Source of the DNA: Candidatus Curtissbacteria bacterium
GTDB taxonomy: Bacteria > Patescibacteriota > Microgenomatia > Curtissbacterales > GWA2-41-24
Assembly: GCA_024654445.1 (NCBI GenBank)
Contig: JANLHP010000017.1
Coordinates: 33,009 to 97,008 of the forward strand
Reading direction: 5' to 3'
DNA: 64,000 bases
Shown: piece by piece, positions 57,026 through 64,000 of the stretch
Layout of the letters: the number at the start of each line of letters is the position of its first letter
How positions within the stretch are numbered: the first letter of the stretch is position 1
The notes under the pieces: generated by a model
What the model was told of the DNA's origin: nothing
Database searches by the model: none
What the model saw: only the letters and a program-made list of their open reading frames with translations
Program-made: the position numbers and the translations under genes

Positions 57026-57505
57026 TTAGCCTTCGGCTGGCGGAGCTGCTGCTGCAGATGCTCCGGCTGTCGTGGCTGCTTGAGCGCCGCTTGTCGCGCC
57101 AGATTTCTTAGTTCCATAAAGGGATCTTCCTTGTTTTCTGTTGTTAACGCCAGTTGTGTCGTATTTACCGCGAATAATGTGATATTTAACGCCGGGTAAA
57201 TCTTTGACACGTCCGCCTCTGACTAAAACTACAGAGTGCTCTGCAAGTTCGTGTCCGATTCCCGGAATGTAAGCTGTAATTTCTTGTTTGTTGGAAAGCC
57301 TTACACGTGCGACTTTTCGAAGAGCAGAATTTGGTTTTTTAGGAGTCATTGTTTTTACCACGACACAAACTCCCCTCTTTTGTCCGGAAGGATAGCTTGT
57401 GTATCTATTAGTTCTAGAGTTGAAGGCACGTCTCAAAGCGGTTGCCCTAATGCGCTTTATCTTAGACGTCCTGCCTTTTCTAATTAATTGATTTACTGTT
57501 GGCAT
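57026..57505 (-). CDS. rpsL: 30S ribosomal protein S12 with ~35-aa Ala/Gly/Thr-rich C-terminal tail
   Basis: [12 protein letters not shown]...[10 protein letters not shown]; 159 aa vs ~124 typical. Confidence 0.95.
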   Translation of the reverse strand: MPTVNQLIRKGRTSKIKRIRATALRRAFNSRTNRYTSYPSGQKRGVCVVVKTMTPKKPNSALRKVARVRLSNKQEITAYIPGIGHELAEHSVVLVRGGRVKDLPGVKYHIIRGKYDTTGVNNRKQGRSLYGTKKSGATSGAQAATTAGASAAAAPPAEG

Positions 57506-57579
57506 AATTTATCTCAATTTCAAAATTTAAAGTTTAAAAGTCAAAATTACAACTCAAAACTTAAAAGTTGCGTTGGGAG

Positions 57580-57608
57580 ATTATAACAATCTGGGCGTAG
57601 TATGTCGA
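57580..57608 (-). promoter_or_regulatory. Sigma70-like promoter for rpsL-rpsG: -35 TCGACA, 17-nt spacer, -10 TATAAT
   Basis: minus-sense ctCGACAtactacgcccagattgtTATAATctcccaacgc; ~67-nt AT-rich leader with TTTTGA/TTTAAA repeats. Confidence 0.55.
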
Positions 57609-57825
57609 GATCTGGTAGTAAAATAAAAATTTGATCCGAACAATTTTAAGGCTTGAGGGGCTGGCAATATTTCTTTTATCCTTTCAGCTTCAGCCATATT
57701 TGTGATTAAATCTAGCTTTCTGTTGGACGATTTTGGCGCGGTCGGGGTTGGTTGGAATCAGGTGACCGATGATATCAGCAGGTCGCTTCGCGCTCCTCTG
57801 ATATAATTTTTGTTTCTAATGGAGT

Positions 57826-60800
57826 TTAAGACTCGGTGCTTATTTTTGCCCTATCAGGGCTCGTAGGAATTAACCTACCAATTATGACGTTTTCCTTTAG
57901 ACCAAGAAGCGGATCGTACTTGCCTTCGCTAGCTGCGTCTGTAAGGATTCTAGTTGTTTCCTGGAAGGATGCAGCAGACAAGAAGCTTTCTGTGTAAAGG
58001 GCAGCTCTCGTGATACCAAGGATAACAACTTGGGCTGTCGCTGGCTCTCCGCCTTCTGCCAAGACTTTTCCGTTTTCGCCTTCGAATCGGTTCTTGTCGA
58101 CTAACTCGCCCGGTAGAAGAGTCGTGTCGCCGGATGTTTCGATTCTGACTTTTTCGCTCATCTTTCTGACGATTGCCTCAAAATGCTTGTCGTTAATTGC
58201 AACACCCTGGCTTTCGTACACTTGTTGAGCACCCGCAATTATGTACTTCTGAGCTGCGCGCAAGCCGGAAATTGCCAGAACCTCTTTGATGTCGAGATAT
58301 CCAGATGAAAGAGGAGTACCGGCCGCAATTAAGTCTCCGTCTGCGACTAAAAGGTCGACTGCGGATGGAATAAAGTATTCTTTTTCTTGGGCTGGTTTGA
58401 TTCTGGTGCTTTTAATTGTGACGGCGTAACCTTCTTCGTTCTCTTCGACTTTAACTTTGCCGGCAATTTCTGCAAGCTGAGCGACAAATTTTGGAACTCT
58501 TGCTTCAAAGAGTTCTTCGACCCTTGGAAGACCCTGAGTAATATCGAGACCTACGATACCACCAGTGTGGAACGTTCTCATAGTAAGCTGCGTTCCAGGT
58601 TCTCCGATACTCTGGGCGGCAATTACGCCAACTGGTGTTCCAATTTTAACTAACTCTCTGGTTACCAAATCTCTTCCGTAACACAATGCGCAGAGGCCAT
58701 GCTTTGCCTGGCAAGTAAGAACGGACCTTACAAGTACTTCTTCTATGCCGGCCTTTTCGATTTCTGCGACTTTTTCTTCGGTGATTTCTTCGCCTGCTTT
58801 TACAATCGCATTTTTGCCCTTTGATGAAAGTACATCTTTGGCAGCGTATCTTCCGTGAATCCTTGAAGCAAGGGGCGCTTGTCTTTTGTCACGTTTGGAG
58901 AATTCTATTCCTTCTGTCGTACCGCAGTCTTCAAGTCTAATTATCGCATCGTGAGCAACGTCAACAAGCCTTCGAGTTAGATATCCAGATTCCGCTGTCT
59001 TAATAGCCCGATCGGCTAGTCCCTTCCTTGCGCCTCGGGCACTTGTGAAGTACTCGAATACGGAAAGACCTTCACGGAAGTTGGATTTAACTGGCAGTGG
59101 AACGATTTGACCTGATGGGTCTGTAACGAGTCCTCGAATTGCTGAAAGCTGTTTAATCTGCTCTGCGGTTGCCCTTGAACCGCCGGAATCCGAGATAATC
59201 TTGATGGCGTTTGTCCCGGGAAGATTTCTCCATGTCAGGTCTGCAAGTTCGTTGGTTGTTGTAAGCCATACTTCCTGGGATAGGCGTCTTTCTTCTTCTT
59301 TTGTGATAAGACCCATCTTGAAGTTCTTTTCGATCGCTTCGACTTCTTTTTCGGCTTTGGCAATAATATTCGGTTTGTCTCCTACAATCTGACAGTCAAA
59401 AACAGAAACCGAAAGACCTGAGAACGTTGCGCCTTCGAACCCTAAGCTCTTAAGTCTGTCGATAATTCCAAGAACTTCTTCTTCGGGGAGTGTGTCGATA
59501 CTCTTGTTGATGATGCCTTTGATTGCAGCAGCTGTTATGGGTTCGTTTATGAACCGGAGTGACTCCGGAAGTTGAATGTTAAAAATAACTCTGCCCGCCG
59601 TTGTGTCAATGATTTCTTTTCCGAGTTTGATTTTAATTCTTTGTCTTATGCCAACCCTTCCGGTCGCGACCCCAATTACAACTTCTTCTTCGTCGCGGAA
59701 GATGCCTTCGTAAGGTTCTTTCCCCTCGTCGATAGAAGTTAAGTAGTAAACACCTAGCGCCATTTCTTTATTTGGCAAAGTAATTGGAGAGCCGTCTGCG
59801 GGTCTAAGCAAGTTTTTAGAAGCAACCATCAGGCTTATCGCTTCTGCTTGAGACGCTTCAGAAAGAGGAACATGAACCGCCATTTGGTCTCCGTCGAAGT
59901 CGGCGTTAAACCCGGCACATATACAAGGGTGAATTCTGATCGCGTCGCCTTCTATTAGAATCGGGTAGAAAGCTTGGATACCAAGGCGGTGGAGAGTCGG
60001 GGCTCTATTTAAAAGAACTGGATGATTTTTAGTAATTTCTTCGAGGATATCCCAAATTTCTCCGCTTCTTCTCTCTAAAAAGTGTTTCGCGCTTTTGACA
60101 TTCGGGGCATGACCTCTTGATATGATTTCGCGCAGTACAAATGGCTTAAACATTTCGAGCGCCATTTCTTTAGGAATACCTGTTTGGTGCAGGTCGAGTT
60201 CCGGTCCGACGACGATTACGGACCTACCGGAGTAATCAACACGTTTTCCAAGAAGGTTTTGTCTGAATCTTCCCTGTTTTCCTCGAAGCATGTCAGAAAG
60301 TGATCTTAGTTCTTGTGATGCCCGAGTTGTTTTAACTTTTTGAGAATCGATGAGAGCATCGACTGCTTCTTGGAGCATTCTTTTTTCGTTTCTCAGAATG
60401 ATCTCCGGAGCCCCAAGCTCTATTAACTTTTTGAGTCGGTTATTTCTGTTGATGACTCTTCTGTAAAGATCGTTAAGGTCCGAAGTTGCGAACCTTCCAC
60501 CTGAAAGCTGAACCATAGGGCGAAGATCTGGCGGCAGAACAGGGAGAGTTTTTATAATCATCCAGGTTGGGGAAATTTGCGCCTTTCGCATTCCTTCAAC
60601 AACCCTCAATCTTTTTGCGGCTTTGATGTATTTCTGGCTGCTGGCGGTCGTTAATTCTTTTCTAAGATTAGCCGCAAGTTGTGCAAGGTCTATTTTCTCA
60701 AGAACAGCCAGGACGGATTCAGCACCCATTCCAACTTTTAAGAACTCGTGCGCTTCGTAGTCTGCAATTTTTTGATATTCGTCTTCAGAAATTAAATCGA

Positions 60801-61518
60801 GAGGTTTGACAGAGTTGACCATACTGGTAATGCTCTTGTAGATTTCCTCGAGTCTGGAAACTTCCTTGGCGTTTTCGTCCCGGAGCATTGCCTGTCTTTG
60901 GCGCGTGATCAGCTGCATTTCTTCGATTTTAAGTTCTGATTGTTCTTTTGCTGTCGATTTACCTTTGACTTCCGCGACCTCTTTTTTGCCTTCTTTTTCC
61001 TGCTCTTCTAAGTTTTTCTTTAAAAGTACTTGTTGTTCTTTTCTCTTTGCTTCCAGATCCTGTTCTAAGCGTTTTATGATTTCTGCTCTTTTATCTTCGT
61101 CGAGGTCGATGACGATGTATGACGCGAAATAAATTACAGCGTCTAAGCTCCTTGGGGAAACATCAAGAAGAAGCCCGAGCTTCGACGGGCTGCCTTTGAA
61201 AAACCAGTTGTGAACAACCGGAGCAGCAAGTGTAATGTGGCCCATTCTTTCACGACGGACTCTAGATTGGGTTACTTCAACGCCACATTTGTCACAAATT
61301 ATTCCGCGGTACCTGATCCTTTTGTATTTACCGCAGTAACACTCCCAGTCTTTTGTGGGGCCGAAAATGCGTTCGTCGAAAAGTCCGTCTTTTTCCGGCT
61401 TCAGCGTTCTGTAGTTAATGGTTTCAGGTTTTGTGACCTCACCAAAAGACCACGTCTTGATGTCGTCTGCTGACGCGAGTGTTAATTTTAAGGCTTCAAA
61501 ATCGATTAGTTCGTTCAT
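57826..61518 (-). CDS. rpoC: DNA-directed RNA polymerase subunit beta'
   Basis: Zn-binding CxxC..CxxC N-terminus, NADFDGD catalytic motif; 1230 aa. Confidence 0.99.
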   Translation of the reverse strand: MNELIDFEALKLTLASADDIKTWSFGEVTKPETINYRTLKPEKDGLFDERIFGPTKDWECYCGKYKRIRYRGIICDKCGVEVTQSRVRRERMGHITLAAPVVHNWFFKGSPSKLGLLLDVSPRSLDAVIYFASYIVIDLDEDKRAEIIKRLEQDLEAKRKEQQVLLKKNLEEQEKEGKKEVAEVKGKSTAKEQSELKIEEMQLITRQRQAMLRDENAKEVSRLEEIYKSITSMVNSVKPLDLISEDEYQKIADYEAHEFLKVGMGAESVLAVLEKIDLAQLAANLRKELTTASSQKYIKAAKRLRVVEGMRKAQISPTWMIIKTLPVLPPDLRPMVQLSGGRFATSDLNDLYRRVINRNNRLKKLIELGAPEIILRNEKRMLQEAVDALIDSQKVKTTRASQELRSLSDMLRGKQGRFRQNLLGKRVDYSGRSVIVVGPELDLHQTGIPKEMALEMFKPFVLREIISRGHAPNVKSAKHFLERRSGEIWDILEEITKNHPVLLNRAPTLHRLGIQAFYPILIEGDAIRIHPCICAGFNADFDGDQMAVHVPLSEASQAEAISLMVASKNLLRPADGSPITLPNKEMALGVYYLTSIDEGKEPYEGIFRDEEEVVIGVATGRVGIRQRIKIKLGKEIIDTTAGRVIFNIQLPESLRFINEPITAAAIKGIINKSIDTLPEEEVLGIIDRLKSLGFEGATFSGLSVSVFDCQIVGDKPNIIAKAEKEVEAIEKNFKMGLITKEEERRLSQEVWLTTTNELADLTWRNLPGTNAIKIISDSGGSRATAEQIKQLSAIRGLVTDPSGQIVPLPVKSNFREGLSVFEYFTSARGARKGLADRAIKTAESGYLTRRLVDVAHDAIIRLEDCGTTEGIEFSKRDKRQAPLASRIHGRYAAKDVLSSKGKNAIVKAGEEITEEKVAEIEKAGIEEVLVRSVLTCQAKHGLCALCYGRDLVTRELVKIGTPVGVIAAQSIGEPGTQLTMRTFHTGGIVGLDITQGLPRVEELFEARVPKFVAQLAEIAGKVKVEENEEGYAVTIKSTRIKPAQEKEYFIPSAVDLLVADGDLIAAGTPLSSGYLDIKEVLAISGLRAAQKYIIAGAQQVYESQGVAINDKHFEAIVRKMSEKVRIETSGDTTLLPGELVDKNRFEGENGKVLAEGGEPATAQVVILGITRAALYTESFLSAASFQETTRILTDAASEGKYDPLLGLKENVIIGRLIPTSPDRAKISTES

Positions 61519-61524
61519 TTTTGA

Positions 61525-61620
61525 CTTTAAGGAGACAACCTACGATTTTCTCCTTAATATTCCTCTTTCCCTAAAAAGATAATTTTAAACTGGCAAATCT
61601 AGATTTAAAATTCATTTTAG
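61525..61620. repeat. R1 repeat, copy 6 (between rpoB and rpoC)
   Basis: tttaaggagacaacctacgattttctccttaatattcctctttccctaaaaagataattttaaactggcaaatctagatttaaaattcattttag. Confidence 0.85.
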
Positions 61621-64000
61621 TCACTTCTCTACTTCTGCAAGGTCCATGCCGCTTGCAGCTTCAGGCGTAAGGCCGCCTTCTGTTGCAATAATTTCTGCTC
61701 CTGATTCTCGAGCAAGTTCGGCTGCTTCTTTTGAGACCTCTTCCTCTTTAGGCGAAACTTCCGCTTCTAAGGTTTTTGCGCCAATTGTCTGGACGTTTAA
61801 GGAAAGACTGTTTAATTCTTTAACCAAAACCTTAAATGATTCCGGAATAAGGGCTTGTGGAATTTCGGTTCCTTTGATGATAGCTTCAAACGCTTTTGCG
61901 CGTCCTACAATGTCGTCGGATTTAATCGTTAACATTTCTTGCAGGGTGTAAGCAGCTCCATACGCTTCGAGCGCCCAGACTTCCATTTCTCCAAGTCTCT
62001 GACCACCCATTTGAGCTTTTCCACCCAAAGGCTGTTGGGTAATTAGAGAGTACGGGCCTGTGCTTCTTGCGTGAGTTTTGTCTTCGACCATGTGAATTAA
62101 TTTCATAATATAGCCGCGACCAACAACGATTGGGCGATCGAAGGCTTTACCGGTTCGGCCATCGTAAAGTGTGAGCCTGCCGTCTTCAGGAAGGTTTGCT
62201 TTTCGGAGCTCATCGGTAATTCGATCTTCCGAAATGTGTTCGAAAACTGGAAGAGCAACTTTATAGTTTAGTTTATCTACGGCAAGACCAAGATGAGCTT
62301 CCAGAAGCTGGCCCAAGTTCATACGCGAAAGAACAGAAAGCGGACTGATGATGATATCAACTGGGGTGCCATCTGAAAGGTATGGCATATCTTGAGCGGC
62401 AACGATTTTCGAAATAACACCTTTGTTTCCGTGGCGTCCCGCTAATTTGTCACCGACTACTACTTTTCGCATTTGGGCAACTTTTACGTATATTTTGGAA
62501 ATTGCGCCGTGTTCCAACTCGTCGCCTTTTTCGCGCGACAGAATCTTAACGTCTATTACTGTTCCTTTTTCTCCGTGAGACATGCGAAGAGACGTGTCTC
62601 TTACTTCCCTTGCCTTTTCTCCAAAGATCGCACGAAGTAGTCTTTCTTCTGCTGTTAATTCTGTTTCGCCTTTTGGAGCAATTTTGCCGACTAAAATATC
62701 ATTTTGGCCGACTTCTGCTCCGACTACAACAATTCCGTTTTCGTCTAAGTTTCTAAGATCTTCTTCGGAAACGTTGGGGATGTCTCTTGTAGTTTCTTCC
62801 GGACCAAGCTTTGTTTCGACAACGGAAGTTTCATACTCTTCAATGTGAATTGAAGTCAAAACGTCTTCTTTGAAAAGCTTGTCGGAAATGACGATTGAAT
62901 CCTCGTAACCCAGACCGTCGAAGCTCATGTAGGCAATTGTTAAGTTTTGACCAAGCGCTAGCTCTCCATTTTGGGTCGCGGGACCATCTACCAAAACATC
63001 GCCGCGCTTAACTTTTTGACCCACGGTTACAATGGGTTTTTGAGAATAACACGTGCTTTGAGGAGATCTTAAGAATTTCTGAATGGGGATCGTAATTTCG
63101 CGAGAGTTATTTCCATCCTTAATTGTGTAAACTACTTTCTTGCTGTCCGCGTAAGTTACTTCACCGTCGCCTTCTGCGATAGAAACTCTACCCATATTTT
63201 TACCAACCACTTCTTCCATTCCAGTCCCGACGACGGGAGAATTAGGGCTGATAAGAGGTACTGCTTGGCACTGCATGTGTGTTCCCATGAGTGCCCGGTT
63301 TGCTTCGTCATGAGCCAAAAATGGAATTAGGGCGGCTGATGTACCTGTGATTTGTCTGGGGATAACGTCTATGTAATCGACAACGTTTTGGGGGGCAGTT
63401 GTAAATTCCCCTTTGTATCTTACTGGCAACCTGTCTTCCACAAAGTAACCTTTGCCGTCTAGTGGCACCTGTGCATGTGTAATGTAGTAATCTTCTTCGT
63501 CGTCTGCTGCCAGATAAACGATTTCGTCTGTTACTCTACCTTTTCCGTTTTGGTCTTTTTCAACTTTTCTGTAAGGAGCTTCTAAAAATCCGTACTCGTT
63601 AATTTTGGCGTAAAGCGACATGTAGGTAACAAGACCGATGTTGGGACCTTCGGGCGAACGAATTGGACAAATTCTGGAGTACTGAGAATGGTTGATGTCA
63701 CGAATCGAAAACGCAGCTCTTTCTCTTGCAATTCCGCCAGTGCCCATAACTGTAAGTCTTCTTAAATTGTCTAGTTCGGAAAGTGGGTTGGTCTGGTCTA
63801 GAATTGTCGAAAGTTGGGAAGATCGGAAAAATTCGTTGACCGCAGAAATCACCGGTCTTGCGTTAATTAATGATGATGGGGTAGGGGTTGTATCTGTTGG
63901 GGTCAAGCTCATTCTTTCCCTAATTACTCTTTCTAACCTCAAAATTCCGACCCTGAAAGCATTTTGAGAAACGAGTTCACCTACTCTTCTTACTCTTCGG
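61621..64000 (-). CDS. rpoB: DNA-directed RNA polymerase subunit beta (3' portion; N-terminus beyond window)
   Basis: Frame open to window edge (..RRVRRVGELVSQNAFRVGILRLERVIRERMSL..); conserved C-terminal blocks; TGA stop. Confidence 0.98.
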   Translation of the reverse strand, partial: RRVRRVGELVSQNAFRVGILRLERVIRERMSLTPTDTTPTPSSLINARPVISAVNEFFRSSQLSTILDQTNPLSELDNLRRLTVMGTGGIARERAAFSIRDINHSQYSRICPIRSPEGPNIGLVTYMSLYAKINEYGFLEAPYRKVEKDQNGKGRVTDEIVYLAADDEEDYYITHAQVPLDGKGYFVEDRLPVRYKGEFTTAPQNVVDYIDVIPRQITGTSAALIPFLAHDEANRALMGTHMQCQAVPLISPNSPVVGTGMEEVVGKNMGRVSIAEGDGEVTYADSKKVVYTIKDGNNSREITIPIQKFLRSPQSTCYSQKPIVTVGQKVKRGDVLVDGPATQNGELALGQNLTIAYMSFDGLGYEDSIVISDKLFKEDVLTSIHIEEYETSVVETKLGPEETTRDIPNVSEEDLRNLDENGIVVVGAEVGQNDILVGKIAPKGETELTAEERLLRAIFGEKAREVRDTSLRMSHGEKGTVIDVKILSREKGDELEHGAISKIYVKVAQMRKVVVGDKLAGRHGNKGVISKIVAAQDMPYLSDGTPVDIIISPLSVLSRMNLGQLLEAHLGLAVDKLNYKVALPVFEHISEDRITDELRKANLPEDGRLTLYDGRTGKAFDRPIVVGRGYIMKLIHMVEDKTHARSTGPYSLITQQPLGGKAQMGGQRLGEMEVWALEAYGAAYTLQEMLTIKSDDIVGRAKAFEAIIKGTEIPQALIPESFKVLVKELNSLSLNVQTIGAKTLEAEVSPKEEEVSKEAAELARESGAEIIATEGGLTPEAASGMDLAEVEK

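Noticed and set aside
1-64000. UGA-as-Gly (genetic code 25/4) recoding, which is known in some CPR lineages
   Set aside because: TGA cleanly terminates guaA, purE, purK, purM, rpsS and rpoB at the expected conserved C-termini, so UGA is a stop here.
1-64000. Prophage, IS element or integron content
   Set aside because: No transposase, integrase, phage structural or attC-like sequences recognised. The repeats are non-autonomous.

Overview
This window is AT-rich (~38-40% GC) and gene-dense. It looks like a Candidate Phyla Radiation (CPR)/Patescibacteria-type bacterial genome. The evidence is a near-complete rpoB-rpoC-rpsL-rpsG-fusA-tuf-S10-spc-alpha ribosomal superoperon on the minus strand that has no L30 gene and several r-proteins with basic/acidic C-terminal tails; small overlapping genes; and many GT-C membrane glycosyltransferases. 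TGA and TAA terminate well-conserved genes, so UGA is not recoded. The window contains four blocks. (i) 1-8.1 kb is a cell-surface/glycosylation locus: an Excalibur-domain lipoprotein, a Thr/Pro-rich surface protein, two GT39/ArnT-like transferases, a SAM methyltransferase, a thermonuclease, GtrA and a bactofilin-like beta-helix repeat membrane protein. (ii) 8.1-21.9 kb holds a HAM1/RdgB NTP pyrophosphatase and a minus-strand purine cluster guaA-purC-purE-purK-purB-purP-purA-purP-lctP-purM-pfkB, with two archaeal-type PurP (FAICAR synthetase) paralogs. (iii) 22-35 kb is housekeeping: RNase P RNA, an AI-2E transporter, miaA, two more GT-C proteins, miaB-like, dgkA, hup, rny, recX, recA, tRNA-Pro and DUF1003. 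(iv) 35.3-64 kb is the ribosomal/RNAP superoperon (rpsI to rpoB, with rpoB running off the window). There are two main unexplained signals. First, at least four families of conserved intergenic repeats, detailed in the features and findings. Second, two genes carry a single in-frame TAG with conserved, homologous coding sequence continuing past it (a PfkB kinase and an unknown protein). A near-consensus sigma70 promoter lies upstream of rpsL and another upstream of a novel small gene inserted before fusA. No transposase, integrase, CRISPR array or rRNA was seen. All calls come from reading the sequence and from recalled family signatures; no database search was run.
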